Source of the DNA: Thermofilaceae archaeon
Lineage (GTDB): Archaea > Thermoproteota > Thermoprotei > Thermofilales > Thermofilaceae
Direction of reading: 5' to 3'
DNA: 64,000 nucleotides
Assembly (NCBI GenBank): GCA_038861545.1
Contig: JAWCCZ010000004.1
Location: 32,001-96,000 of the forward strand
Part shown: one piece after another, positions 46,614 through 57,085 of the stretch
Numbering within the stretch: position 1 is the first letter of the stretch
Layout of the letters: the number at the start of each line of letters is the position of its first letter
Notes under the pieces: model-generated
Told to the model about the DNA's origin: nothing
The model's database searches: none
Seen by the model: only the letters and a program-made list of their open reading frames with translations
Program-made: the position numbers and the translations under genes

Positions 46614-48169
46614 ATTTTGACGTAATTATAACATCGGATAGGACGATGATGAGCAATCACCACGGTAAGGAGTTCCTAGGCTTTATAGCTACGGGTCCTC
46701 CTCTTGGTTTACCAGAGCATCTCTGGATGTGGATGTGCGCACCAAAACCAAAGGTAGATAAAATGGGGAGACCACTAGAGGCCCCTTACGGCTTAAGAAA
46801 AATCGAAGCTTCACTGATAAATGCTGGGATTAATGCAGCTGTAATCGATCCCGACTACCTGAATAGATATCTCAAGCACGCTAAAATTCTCATGGTAGGG
46901 CATCACGACTTCTTCGCTATGTGTTCTCCAAGCATAGAGTGGTGGCTGATCACCGGTTCAGAACCCCTCAACAGTAGAAGCTTCAAAAGGTTTATGCGTA
47001 AACCGGAGATCAGAGAAGCGAAAAAGCATGGGCTCAAAATTATTGTTGGAGGACCTGCGGCTTGGCAATGGTTATGGAGAACTGATTACTGGCGAGAATT
47101 TGGAGTAGATACAGTCGTAGAAGGCGAGGCTGATAAAGTTATAGTAGAGCTGGCAAATAAGGTGTTTAACGGAGAAGATCTTCCGCTCTACGTTTATGTT
47201 GGCCCAGGAGATTCGCCTTCATTGAATGAAATACCAGATATTAAAGGTGCAAGCGTTAATGGACTTATAGAGATTACCAGGGGGTGCCCCCGGAAATGCA
47301 GGTTCTGCTCGGTAACGTTAAGGCCGCTCCGCCACTATCCGCTCGATAAAATTGAAAGAGAAATTCGGGTTAATGTACATGCCGGATTGAAGAACTGTAT
47401 CTTTCATTCAGAAGATGTACTTATGTACGGCTCTATAGGCATTGAGCCTAATCTAGATTTACTTATTCAGTTACATAAACTCGCTAAAAAATACTGTAAG
47501 ATTGTCACGTGGAGCCATGCTACACTAGCATTGGTGAAGTATTCTCAGGAGAAGTACAACTTAATCAGCCGATTAACTGAGATCCTGTACGACGATAATC
47601 AAGAGTGGATTGGAGTAGAAGTTGGTATCGAAACCGGCTCCTCGAGACTTGTTGGAGAAATAATGCCGGCTAAAGCTGCCCCCTATCCAGTCAGCAAGTG
47701 GCCAGAAGTGGTGAGAGATGCTTTCGCTATTATGCACGAGCACAAGATTGTGCCGGCGGCCACTCTAATTCTGGGGCTCCCCAACGAACAAGAAGAAGAT
47801 ACTACTGCTACGCTGGAATTGCTTGACGAGTTAAGCGGTTATCGAAGCATTATTGTACCAATGTTCTTTGTCCCACTAGGCTCACTTAAAGATAAAGCTT
47901 GGTTCCTCAGGAATCATTTAACCGATCAGCATGTGGAAATCCTCAGGAAATGCCTTTGGCATTCGATAAAGTGGGCGGAGGATATATTATCTAACATGTA
48001 CTTAAAAGGGGTGTACTATGCGCCACTTAAAACCCTTTTGAAGTTCTTTATAGCTTACGTGAAAAAGAAAGGAAAAGAAGCTGAGAAAACTCTGGTAAAG
48101 TTACGCCATGAAGAAGTTGCCCAACCGAAATTTAAAAACCAGTTGTTACCCACCTTAACTCCTATTTAG
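46610..48169 (+). CDS. B12-binding-like domain radical SAM protein
   Basis: APYGLRKIEA, IIVGGP, EGEAD, RGCPRKCRFC (CxxxCxxC), GIETGS. Confidence 0.88.
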   Translation: MNFDVIITSDRTMMSNHHGKEFLGFIATGPPLGLPEHLWMWMCAPKPKVDKMGRPLEAPYGLRKIEASLINAGINAAVIDPDYLNRYLKHAKILMVGHHDFFAMCSPSIEWWLITGSEPLNSRSFKRFMRKPEIREAKKHGLKIIVGGPAAWQWLWRTDYWREFGVDTVVEGEADKVIVELANKVFNGEDLPLYVYVGPGDSPSLNEIPDIKGASVNGLIEITRGCPRKCRFCSVTLRPLRHYPLDKIEREIRVNVHAGLKNCIFHSEDVLMYGSIGIEPNLDLLIQLHKLAKKYCKIVTWSHATLALVKYSQEKYNLISRLTEILYDDNQEWIGVEVGIETGSSRLVGEIMPAKAAPYPVSKWPEVVRDAFAIMHEHKIVPAATLILGLPNEQEEDTTATLELLDELSGYRSIIVPMFFVPLGSLKDKAWFLRNHLTDQHVEILRKCLWHSIKWAEDILSNMYLKGVYYAPLKTLLKFFIAYVKKKGKEAEKTLVKLRHEEVAQPKFKNQLLPTLTPI

Positions 48170-48183
48170 TATAGCTCACATAT

Positions 48184-49617
48184 TTAATATCTGAAACATA
48201 GGTCTACAATTAAGCTAGGGTAAGTACCTAAAACAATTAAAAGCAACGCTAGAACAAGCGGGGCAATCTGGATTATAGATAACCTATTTTCATGAGTTTC
48301 GAATCCCTTAGTAGTACCATAAAATACCTTTTTGAAAGTCGACAACCCATATGCCGCGGTAAGAGTAGACGAAACCAGTAATACAATACCCATTATAAAA
48401 CCGAAATACCCGCTATTTAGGCTAGTAGTAAATACTCCAAAAAATATCTCGAGTTCTGCCCAGAATCCTAGTGTGGGCGGTATTCCTGAAAGGCATAGGA
48501 ACCCGATAAACGCAGAAATAGCTGCTAAAGGCATGCGATCCGCTAAACCACCTAGCTTATCAATTAGCCTAGTATTCGTTTCCCTCTCTATGCACCCGGA
48601 TACCATGAACAACAAAGACTTAGCTATAGAATGTGCTATGAACATAAATGCAGCACTAGCTATGCCTACTTCGGCTCCACTGGTTATACCGAGTAACGCG
48701 TAACCGCTCTGGCTTACACTAGAGAACGCTAGCACTCTTTTTATATCTCTTTGAGATAAAGCCGCTAAACTTCCATAAATCATCGTCACGGCGGCCATTA
48801 CCATTAAGGTAGTCCTTAGGGGAGAAACTTCAAATGCATCCGGTGCAGAAAAAAGGAGAATCTTAGTTAAAGCCCAGTTGCCTATTCCGACTGCAAGCGT
48901 TAATTGTATCGAAACAGGTGTTGGAGCTTCGGAGTGTGCATCGGGCAGCCATGCATGCAATGGAAACAAAGCAGACTTCACTAGAGGTCCCGCAATTAAA
49001 AGCGATAGAGGAGCGATTACATCACTGGGAACCGCATTTTTTAAGACTTCTTTTAATTCTACAAACGCTAGAGTATGATACTGATCATATATTAACGCTA
49101 TACCAGCCATCGTAACGAGGGCACCTGCTTCAGTAAATAAAAGATACTTAAAACTGATACTTTTTGCTTCAGTTCCACCCCAGTAAAGGAGGAGAAGCCA
49201 TGAAGGTATGAGGAAAAACTCATAGAAGAGGAAGAACGTGGTTAAACTCCCAGAGAGCACCACTCCTACTAACGAAGAAGATGCTACTAAGTAGAGCGCC
49301 AGGAAAACGCTTGGATTCTCGAAATGATACATATAGCTAGATGCGTAAATCACCGAAAATGTGCAAATAATAAGTACTGTCAAAGCATAAATCACGTTGA
49401 AACCATCTCCCTCCAAAGTTATCAGGTATAGAGTAGGTTCAATATCGTAAACCTCCCGATTTGAAAAACCCTCATAAGCCTTTATGGCCTCTGGTACCAT
49501 AATAGAAATGGCTAAAATTAAAGAGGACACTGCTATAAACCCTCCTTTTCTCCAGTCCTTTGTCGCAAGCAATAAAGGAGCCGTTATCAGAGGCGCTACT
49601 ATGGAAGCCAGTAGCAT
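48184..49617 (-). CDS. Antiporter-like subunit (NuoM/MrpD-like) of membrane-bound hydrogenase
   Basis: FFLFYEFFLIP, FPLHAWLPDAHSEAP, DIKRVLAFSS, GF.AE. Confidence 0.88.
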   Translation of the reverse strand: MLLASIVAPLITAPLLLATKDWRKGGFIAVSSLILAISIMVPEAIKAYEGFSNREVYDIEPTLYLITLEGDGFNVIYALTVLIICTFSVIYASSYMYHFENPSVFLALYLVASSSLVGVVLSGSLTTFFLFYEFFLIPSWLLLLYWGGTEAKSISFKYLLFTEAGALVTMAGIALIYDQYHTLAFVELKEVLKNAVPSDVIAPLSLLIAGPLVKSALFPLHAWLPDAHSEAPTPVSIQLTLAVGIGNWALTKILLFSAPDAFEVSPLRTTLMVMAAVTMIYGSLAALSQRDIKRVLAFSSVSQSGYALLGITSGAEVGIASAAFMFIAHSIAKSLLFMVSGCIERETNTRLIDKLGGLADRMPLAAISAFIGFLCLSGIPPTLGFWAELEIFFGVFTTSLNSGYFGFIMGIVLLVSSTLTAAYGLSTFKKVFYGTTKGFETHENRLSIIQIAPLVLALLLIVLGTYPSLIVDLCFRY

Positions 49618-49621
49618 TTTC

Positions 49622-51511
49622 TCACCTAAATATTACTAATAAAGCTAGGATTAACGCTCCCCCAACTATCCATAGAAGCTCTTCATGACTAAGTACTCCT
49701 GTTTGAAGAACTTTGAGTTTTTCCCCAAGCTTATTAACACCTGCTACACTCGAGAGAAGAAAACTTGTGTAAAGTTTATCAAAAAACCCCACGTATGTTC
49801 CTGTAGATGTAATACCTCCCGCGATTAAATAATATATAGTATTTAGATAAAGTCTACGTTTAAGTGCATATCTGAAGGGTTCTAGAAAGCTTGGAAAACA
49901 AAATATCTTTAAATAAAACAAAACCGCAAGTGTCGTCCCAGCTGCAGCTACGCTTAACGTGAAATAGGTATATGCTAAGCTACCTGCCTCTGTGACATTA
50001 AATGTTGAATATAAAACCTCTTCGAATGTTGGTCCTAGTAGCCCTAGAATTAAACAAGCTGTCGCTAGGGAGGCACATGGCACAAGCATAGCCAGCTTTA
50101 AACCCTCATGAGTGTAAATAATTTGCTTTACCCCGACTCCAAAAATTAAAATCAGCATTCTTACAGTGTAAAAAGCTGTGATACCTACAGTCGTAATAGC
50201 CAGTAAAGCTGCCACAGTATTAGTTTTTACGATGCCGGCTAGCACAGCCTCTTTGCTCCAGAAACCCATTAGCGGTGGTATTCCTATTAGTGAAAACGCG
50301 GCAATAGCGAAGAAAGCATATAAGATTTTCATGTGCCTGCCAACACCTTTTAAATCCTCGTAAAAACGTGAACCTACAATGTGAATCATAACACCAGCGC
50401 ATAGAAAAAGTGTCGATTTGAAAACCGCGTGGCTAATTAAGTGAAAGAAAGTTGATGCCAGAGATTGTTCCCGGATTAAGCTGGCCGTTCCCAGACCCGC
50501 TAACATGTAACCAACTTGGCTTATGGTTGAATATGCCAATGTCTTTTTCAGCTCAGAAGTTGCAGTAGCTTGAAGCGCTGCAATGAAAGCAGTTAAAACT
50601 CCAATCCATAAGATGAACTCAAATAGTGAAGGTGAGTATGTCTCCAGACCCCATGCTAAAGCTATTTGAACCACGCGCGCTGTTAAGAATACACCCGCCT
50701 TCACCATAGTGGCAGCGTGAATAAGAGCGCTAGCGCTAGTTGGTCCAGCCATGGCATCCGGAAGCCACTCTGTTAAAGGTAACTGTGCGCTTTTTCCCAT
50801 AGCACCTATGAATAAAAGCGCTAATGCTATATGCAGTAGTTGATTACTCCTAATATCGAATGTAAGGAGCTCTGCAAAAGATGTAGTCTTAGCTATGATG
50901 GATAGCGTGATGATCCCGGCTACGATAAAAGTGTCACCGAGCCGTGTTACTAGGAAAGCCTTCAGACCGCAGTGAGAGGGCGGGTATTCTTCGGGGGGTT
51001 CACCTACCCATTTTACTCGCTTGTCCTCTTTCAAATCCTTATACCAATAACTAATCAGGGCAAAACTACATATGCCTACGATCTCCCAACCAAATAACAT
51101 TTGAATTAAATTTTCAGAAATAACCAGTAGCTCCATTCCACCAAGGAATAACAACATGAAAAACCAGTATCTATCAAGGCTTGAGTCATCCTTCATGTAT
51201 CCTAACGAATATATAAAAACCGCCAGGGAAATCCAAGCAACTACGTTTGACATTACAATGCTGCAAGTATCAATGTATAAGCCAAACTGTACCTTGCCGA
51301 AACCTGGTAAAAATACCCAATCGAATTTCAGTAATACTGGGGCTCTACTTAGCGTCTTCGGAAGCAAAGCTGCTGTAACGGCAGTTGCAGTGCATACAAG
51401 CAAGGGTGCGATGTCCCTGAAAAGTTTACTTATCTTGCTAAGTAAAGGTATAGAAACTGCACATAAAGTTGGCATTATCCAAAGAAGATTAATCCATTCG
51501 TACATACTCAC
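49622..51511 (-). CDS. Antiporter-like subunit (NuoL/MrpA-like)
   Basis: GWEIVG, KAFLVTRLGD, GKSAQLP..WLPDAMAGPT..SALIHAATMV. Confidence 0.92.
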   Translation of the reverse strand: MSMYEWINLLWIMPTLCAVSIPLLSKISKLFRDIAPLLVCTATAVTAALLPKTLSRAPVLLKFDWVFLPGFGKVQFGLYIDTCSIVMSNVVAWISLAVFIYSLGYMKDDSSLDRYWFFMLLFLGGMELLVISENLIQMLFGWEIVGICSFALISYWYKDLKEDKRVKWVGEPPEEYPPSHCGLKAFLVTRLGDTFIVAGIITLSIIAKTTSFAELLTFDIRSNQLLHIALALLFIGAMGKSAQLPLTEWLPDAMAGPTSASALIHAATMVKAGVFLTARVVQIALAWGLETYSPSLFEFILWIGVLTAFIAALQATATSELKKTLAYSTISQVGYMLAGLGTASLIREQSLASTFFHLISHAVFKSTLFLCAGVMIHIVGSRFYEDLKGVGRHMKILYAFFAIAAFSLIGIPPLMGFWSKEAVLAGIVKTNTVAALLAITTVGITAFYTVRMLILIFGVGVKQIIYTHEGLKLAMLVPCASLATACLILGLLGPTFEEVLYSTFNVTEAGSLAYTYFTLSVAAAGTTLAVLFYLKIFCFPSFLEPFRYALKRRLYLNTIYYLIAGGITSTGTYVGFFDKLYTSFLLSSVAGVNKLGEKLKVLQTGVLSHEELLWIVGGALILALLVIFR

Positions 51512-52983
51512 TGACCCAAAAGAGCTTCTGCACAGCTATGCGCGGTCTCTACAATCAAAGCGGGGTCAATTGAGAAGATAACGCAAGCCAAAGCTAAGAC
51601 TACTTCCGGAAGAACCATATACAGAGAAGCCTCCTTAATTTTGGGCTTTGAACCTTTATACCCTCTGAATATAAAGTAAGCGTATGCACCTGCCGCTAAC
51701 GCAAAGTTTGCTTCAAGTAGTACTAATGCAAGCATGATGCTAGGATCTTGTAATTTAAACGCCAGACCAGCTGTTATAAACATTTTCCCCCAATAGCCGG
51801 CTAGAGGGGGTATACCGGTCAAGTTTAACAATCCAATTGCTGATAGAACGCCGGTTAACCGCATTCTTCTTCCATAACCTTCTAAGCTTTCAAAAAGGCG
51901 GCTTCCCATCTCATGGATTACATTTCCTATGCATAAGAATAGTAAACTTTTTGCTATCGAATGGTTTACCATATGGATGAGTATTCCAGTAACTGCTTCA
52001 ACAGCTTGATCTGATGAACCAACTGATAACGCTCTATGGGCTGCACCAAGACCAACTAGCATGTACCCAACGTTGGCAATTGTTGAATACGCTAAAAACC
52101 GCTTAACATCTAACTGCCTTAGAGCAGCAATGTTACCTATAATACTTGAAAGCAATCCCATAGCGATCAATGCATAGCTAAAGCTTAAATTGGTTGGCAA
52201 TACCCGTAGGTATAAGCGCATCATAAGGTATAAAGGTACGTTGATAACTACGCCGGAGAGAAGGGCGCTAACTGGTGAGGGAGCTGCTGGGTGTGCGTCT
52301 GGAAGCCAGCTATGAAATGGAACAAGCGCCGCTGAAGTACCTAACCCAATATAGAAAAGTGCTGAAATAACTTGTATCACAAAGCTTCCCTCTAGTTTAG
52401 CTAGAGATAATTTAACTTCATCAAAATTTGTAGTCCCGGCTAGTCCATAGATGAAGGATATGGAGTAAAGGGTAACAAGAGCTCCAGTTGTGCATATAAA
52501 CAAGTACTTGAGGCTAGCCTCGGCCGGTTCCCAATGCCACCATCTGAAACCAACTAAAGAGTAAGCGGAGACCGAAGTTAACTCCCAGAAACAGTAGAAT
52601 GTAAAGAGGTCGTTAGATAAAATCGCTCCTGTAACTCCTGTGGCTAACAGTAATAGTAGAGTGAAATAAACTCCAAGATCCTTATCTCCTTTCATATATG
52701 ATAAGGAATGCATCGACGCAGTTAACGCTACAGCCAAGAAGAGTTGCATTAGAAATTTCGAAAGCTCATCGACTATCAACTCAGCTTTAGGAATAGGTGT
52801 AACAGTTTGCGGTATATATTTACCGGGCTTTAAACTTAGTGAAAGTATCAGAATCACTATTAAGCTGAGCGATGCTACATAGCCTGGAATCAATTTAATG
52901 CCAAATTTTCTTCCTAAAATATCCGAAAGAAGTGTAGCTATAGCTGAGCCAAAAAGAGTTAAAAGAAGGTCTTGAGGAAGTAT
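51508..52983 (-). CDS. Antiporter-like subunit (NuoN/MrpD-like); start probably non-canonical
   Basis: WELTS, EASLKY, PFHSWLPDAHPAAP, KRFLAYS; frame stays open 30 codons upstream of the called TTG to an ATA overlapping the NuoK stop. Confidence 0.85.
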   Translation of the reverse strand: MLPQDLLLTLFGSAIATLLSDILGRKFGIKLIPGYVASLSLIVILILSLSLKPGKYIPQTVTPIPKAELIVDELSKFLMQLFLAVALTASMHSLSYMKGDKDLGVYFTLLLLLATGVTGAILSNDLFTFYCFWELTSVSAYSLVGFRWWHWEPAEASLKYLFICTTGALVTLYSISFIYGLAGTTNFDEVKLSLAKLEGSFVIQVISALFYIGLGTSAALVPFHSWLPDAHPAAPSPVSALLSGVVINVPLYLMMRLYLRVLPTNLSFSYALIAMGLLSSIIGNIAALRQLDVKRFLAYSTIANVGYMLVGLGAAHRALSVGSSDQAVEAVTGILIHMVNHSIAKSLLFLCIGNVIHEMGSRLFESLEGYGRRMRLTGVLSAIGLLNLTGIPPLAGYWGKMFITAGLAFKLQDPSIMLALVLLEANFALAAGAYAYFIFRGYKGSKPKIKEASLYMVLPEVVLALACVIFSIDPALIVETAHSCAEALLGQ

Positions 52984-53291
52984 TACCAGCGTAGCCTACT
53001 CACCTTATAGGCATCAAGAGAACCATAATGTCTGTATACGATCACTAAAAAGCTAAGGGCTAGCGCTATTACCACAGCACCAATAGCCATGTTTATGGCT
53101 ACGTAAGCTTGAGCTAATGGATCGGGCCCGCTTTCCCTCATTCCCATACCCATGAAACTCAAGTTTACAGCAGTTGTTACTATCTCTATACCCATTACTA
53201 ATTTTACCAAGTTGCGTTTAGATGCTAAACAATATAGGCCAATTGCAAAGAGAACTGTCGCAGCTATCGTGTAGGCGTTAAGGATTCCCAA
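52983..53291 (-). CDS. NuoK/MrpC-like subunit
   Basis: LFAIGLY..KRNLVKLVMGIEI; TTG start after GAGGTG. Confidence 0.85.
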   Translation of the reverse strand: MGILNAYTIAATVLFAIGLYCLASKRNLVKLVMGIEIVTTAVNLSFMGMGMRESGPDPLAQAYVAINMAIGAVVIALALSFLVIVYRHYGSLDAYKVSRLRW

Positions 53292-53515
53292 CGCTCGACC
53301 ACCTCTTTTAACAAATGTGAAATGGCAACTATTATAGCGAGCAACATCATGGATTGTGCTAATAAATCCAACCATCTAGCTATCCACATATATGCTACTG
53401 GAAAACCGCTTCTACTAGCCCATAAGGGTTGTATTTCACGCTCAGCGTTAAGGATGATTAAAAAAATGATAGCTATGAAAAAAGCCGCTAAGGCCACTAG
53501 ATACCTACTCGGCAT
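53264..53515 (-). CDS. NuoJ C-terminal-half/MrpB-like small membrane subunit
   Basis: Two TM segments, MW..RWLDLLAQ; position between NuoJ-N and NuoK. Confidence 0.65.
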   Translation of the reverse strand: MPSRYLVALAAFFIAIIFLIILNAEREIQPLWASRSGFPVAYMWIARWLDLLAQSMMLLAIIVAISHLLKEVVERWESLTPTR

Positions 53516-53738
53516 GTTCACCACCTAAGTGTAAGATTGATAAGGTAAGCATAGTAACCGCTCCTGCGTAAACACTGAGCTGAAATACCGCTAAGAGCCG
53601 CGCGCCTGCTATATAATGCGCAAGTGCGACTAATGCGCTCATAGCAGCCAGGGCTATAACGGCTTTCTCCAGATCCCTTAACTCCACTGCTAGAAGAGCC
53701 GCTACCACGGCTGTAGTCAAAGTAAATTCGAGTAGCAT
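53505..53738 (-). CDS. NuoJ N-terminal-half-like subunit
   Basis: RDLEKAVIAL..GA.LLAVFQLSVYAGAV. Confidence 0.8.
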   Translation of the reverse strand: MLLEFTLTTAVVAALLAVELRDLEKAVIALAAMSALVALAHYIAGARLLAVFQLSVYAGAVTMLTLSILHLGGEHAE

Positions 53739-54068
53739 TTACTTCACCACCAAATCGCTTTTTTTGAAAGCTACTACAGCATATTCTTTGCGGGGTTTAA
53801 TTGCTTTCGTTGGACAGACTTCGATACATAAGTAGCAGTAAATACATCGTTCAATGTGAAAGATTGGTCTCACACCCTTTCCATTATCCTCCATTTCAAT
53901 TGCGGAAGCCGGGCACACTCTACGACAAAGTCCGCATCCTATACATTCATTTCTGTTAAAACCAAGCTTACCTCTAAAACTATCAGGAGGATCACTTCGC
54001 TCTTCAGGGTACATTATAGTAGCCCTTTTTTTGAATAAGTTCCATAACATATCTTTCAAGATCACCAT
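53739..54068 (-). CDS. 2x[4Fe-4S] subunit (NuoI/MbhN-like)
   Basis: TIMYP, FRG, CIGCGLCRRVCP, CIYCYLCIEVCP. Confidence 0.92.
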   Translation of the reverse strand: MVILKDMLWNLFKKRATIMYPEERSDPPDSFRGKLGFNRNECIGCGLCRRVCPASAIEMEDNGKGVRPIFHIERCIYCYLCIEVCPTKAIKPRKEYAVVAFKKSDLVVK

Positions 54069-54069
54069 T

Positions 54070-55020
54070 TCAAACCACCCATATCATAGCAATGAAATAC
54101 GCTAAAGCTAAGGGTATCAGATAACGCCAGCACAGTCCTATGAACTGATCCAGTCTAATTCTAGCGAATAGTGTGCTTAGAAGAGAGAAAAGAAAGAGCA
54201 CTGAAATCGATTTTATGAAAAAATACAAGAGATGGAGAAAAGCCTCTAATCCTGAAATAACCGGACCTGTAGGTCCTCCTAGGTAAAGGGCTGTTGCTAA
54301 TCCCGAAAGGAGGACAAGCTCCAAGTCTCTTGAGAACTTGAAAAAAGCTAATCTCCAACTAGAGAACTCGACAAGCCAGCCAGAAACTATTTCTGTTTCT
54401 GCTTCTGGTATGTCGAAAGGTAACTTTTCAAGCTCTGCCTGAGCCGCAATTAGGAATATTATAAACCCTATAAGGTGAGGACCTGCAATAAAAGGTTTCT
54501 CAGACTGCTTTGCAACTATTTTACTTAATTCAAAACTCCCTGCAGCAAACCCCACGCTGAGCGATGAAAACATGAGCGGTAACTCGAAACCCAGCAGCAT
54601 GATAGCTGCCCTAGTAGCACCCATTAACGAGTACCTACTTGAAGCCGCTGAGCCAGCAGTATAAATTGTAAGCAAGTACAAGGTTATGACCGCAAGGATT
54701 ATGATTAGATCCCCCTCTGCCGTAAGTATTCCCTCCATTTGAACAGTCGGTACAAGAGAGTTTGCTATAAAAAGTAGTAAAACTGCGGCTACCGGACATA
54801 TATTAAATAAAAAAAGTTTAGTACCCTCGGGGACTACATCCTCCTTAGAGAGGAGTTTTATGAAATCCGCAAACGGTTGAAGCGCACCGAACGGACCCGT
54901 GTACCTAGGACCAATCCTGTTTTGTAGTTTGGCAACAAACTTCCTATCAAGCCATTCAAATAGCAAAGCTAAACCTGATATAAAAATGACTCTAAGAACT
55001 ATATACCCAACCTGCCACAT
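54070..55020 (-). CDS. NuoH/MbhM-like membrane subunit
   Basis: DRK..AKLQNRIGP, QPFADFIKLLSKE, PFDIPEAETEIV. Confidence 0.92.
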   Translation of the reverse strand: MWQVGYIVLRVIFISGLALLFEWLDRKFVAKLQNRIGPRYTGPFGALQPFADFIKLLSKEDVVPEGTKLFLFNICPVAAVLLLFIANSLVPTVQMEGILTAEGDLIIILAVITLYLLTIYTAGSAASSRYSLMGATRAAIMLLGFELPLMFSSLSVGFAAGSFELSKIVAKQSEKPFIAGPHLIGFIIFLIAAQAELEKLPFDIPEAETEIVSGWLVEFSSWRLAFFKFSRDLELVLLSGLATALYLGGPTGPVISGLEAFLHLLYFFIKSISVLFLFSLLSTLFARIRLDQFIGLCWRYLIPLALAYFIAMIWVV

Positions 55021-55023
55021 CGC

Positions 55024-56199
55024 TTACCCGCCCCTAGATTTTCTGAGGTCTTTAAGCTGAAGAATCCTGCTACTTCTTTCCTCTAGCACGAAAACACGAG
55101 CTGTACAGCATATGCAGGGGTCTATGCTACCGAAGATTACTGGAACATCAGCCATGTAGATCACCCTATCACTTCTTTTAAGCATACGGATTAAAGCTGC
55201 TAGATTAGCTAAGGTGGGAGTTCTCATCCTATACCTGTAAGGCTTCTCTGAGCCATCAGACCTTGCATAATGGAAAAGCTCACCTCTCGGGGCCTCTACT
55301 CTAGCTATGCTTTCCCCGGAGGAGACCTTAAAAATCAGAGGCACGCGCTCTCGAATTGAACCCGAGGGCATATGGTCAAGCGAATATATAATCATATCGA
55401 CAGACTCAAGCAATTCCTCGACTCTGACCATGGCTCTCCCCCACGCGTCACAAGTTTCGAACGTAACAACATTGAAGGGAACCTCATCATGAACTAAGTA
55501 CGGATCATCAACTCTCACATCATGTTTAACTCCAGAGGCCCTAGCAACTGGGCCTACTGCGTGAAGTTCTTCGGCTTCGCTGCGCTCCAGTATTCCCACA
55601 TCTATAGTTCTAGCCCTCACCGAGGAATCCTCCTCGAGCAGCTTCCTATACTGTTTTATTCTACCTCGAAGCCCCTCAAGAACATTTCTAATCCTTTGCT
55701 CAAGAGCTGGGTCAATATCTCTACGAACTCCTCCTACAACATTGTAGGCAGTGGTTATCCTGTTCCCGGTTAACTCTTCCATTAAATCTAACACTTTTTC
55801 CCTATCCCTGAAAATCAACATGAAGAGGGATTGAAAACCTATCAAATGTGCTAACAAGCCTAACCAAAGCATATGTGAATGAATCCTAGCAAGCTCCTCA
55901 ATTACTAGTCTTAGGTACTGAGCCCTTGTCGGTGCCTCTATTCCTAGCAATTTTTCGACATTTAAAACGTAGCAAGTAGAATGAGCTACATTGCATATTC
56001 CACATACCCTTTCAACAAGGTATAAACCTTGTAGCCAAGTCTTGTGCTCTAAGGCTTTTTCAATTCCCCTGTGAACAAAGCTTGAGTCAACCTCTGCGTC
56101 TACCACCCGCTCTCCTTCAACTTTCAGTTTAAGTAAAACGGCTTCTGGGTGTATCGGATGCTGAGGCCCTACTGGAATGTAAACACTCATGATGCACAC
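55024..56199 (-). CDS. Group 4 [NiFe]-hydrogenase large subunit (NuoD homolog)
   Basis: GPQHP, HRGIEK, L1 ERVCGICNVAH, EAPRGE, L2 DPCICCTAR plus C-terminal extension. Confidence 0.92.
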   Translation of the reverse strand: MCIMSVYIPVGPQHPIHPEAVLLKLKVEGERVVDAEVDSSFVHRGIEKALEHKTWLQGLYLVERVCGICNVAHSTCYVLNVEKLLGIEAPTRAQYLRLVIEELARIHSHMLWLGLLAHLIGFQSLFMLIFRDREKVLDLMEELTGNRITTAYNVVGGVRRDIDPALEQRIRNVLEGLRGRIKQYRKLLEEDSSVRARTIDVGILERSEAEELHAVGPVARASGVKHDVRVDDPYLVHDEVPFNVVTFETCDAWGRAMVRVEELLESVDMIIYSLDHMPSGSIRERVPLIFKVSSGESIARVEAPRGELFHYARSDGSEKPYRYRMRTPTLANLAALIRMLKRSDRVIYMADVPVIFGSIDPCICCTARVFVLEERSSRILQLKDLRKSRGG

Positions 56200-56202
56200 C
56201 TT

Positions 56203-56658
56203 TCATTTAGAATCGCTGGGTTCGTAATCCTTTCTAAGTGGGTAAACGTTTTCAGGCCAATTCTCTGGAAGGAATGTTCTTGATAATCTGGGGTTACCTT
56301 CGAAAATGATCCCTAACATCTCCCAAGTTTCACGCTCATAGAATTCAGCACCTTTGTAGAGGTCAATTAAGCTGGAAATGCTCGCGTCGCTCTTGGGTAT
56401 AATAGCCTTTACTGAAACCACCAATTCTCTACCAACATGTGCAATAACTTCGAAGTAATCGCCAGCATCTACCCCCGTTATGGCTATGAGGTGATCAAAG
56501 CCGGCCTCCCGTAAGACTTCAAGCGCGGCCCTATAATGATCTCTATCAACCGTAACGAATACTCTTCTCCTTTGGAGAACCTTGACCTCTAGTATGACTG
56601 TGCCCAACCTAGCTTTCAGCTCCTCAACTACTTTCTCCTCATCCATTAAACCCACCAT
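56203..56658 (-). CDS. NuoC/MbhK-like subunit
   Basis: ITGVD, YERETWEMLGIIFEGNP, YPLRKD. Confidence 0.9.
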   Translation of the reverse strand: MVGLMDEEKVVEELKARLGTVILEVKVLQRRRVFVTVDRDHYRAALEVLREAGFDHLIAITGVDAGDYFEVIAHVGRELVVSVKAIIPKSDASISSLIDLYKGAEFYERETWEMLGIIFEGNPRLSRTFLPENWPENVYPLRKDYEPSDSK

Positions 56659-57085
56659 TTTCGATTCTTGTTTTCAACGCGTTAATAGCCTCAATTACAG
56701 CTTCCGGTTTGACAGGGCAACCCGATACATAGACGTGGACTGGAAGCACTTCATCAACGCCTTTATACACGTTATAGCAATGATTATAAACTCCACCGCT
56801 TACGGCGCACGTGCCCACGGCTACTACATACTTTGGCTCAGGTATCTGCCTGTAAATCCTCAGTAATCGATCCTTAACCTGACGAGTGACAGCTCCCGTT
56901 ATCAATAATACATCAGCATGTCTAGGACTTCCCTTTAATAAAACACCAAAACGTTCGATATCGTACTTCGGTGATAAAGCCGCTATTACCTCTATGTCGC
57001 ATGCGTTGCAGGCTCCTGTGTTAATTAATAACACCCAGAGGCTTCTAGACCTACTCCAATGGACTAGTCTAGTTAGAGGCTTCAT
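56639..57085 (-). CDS. Hydrogenase small subunit (NuoB/MbhJ-like)
   Basis: CNACDIE, SPRHAD, GTCA..GG, GCP. Confidence 0.92.
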   Translation of the reverse strand: MKPLTRLVHWSRSRSLWVLLINTGACNACDIEVIAALSPKYDIERFGVLLKGSPRHADVLLITGAVTRQVKDRLLRIYRQIPEPKYVVAVGTCAVSGGVYNHCYNVYKGVDEVLPVHVYVSGCPVKPEAVIEAINALKTRIENGGFNG

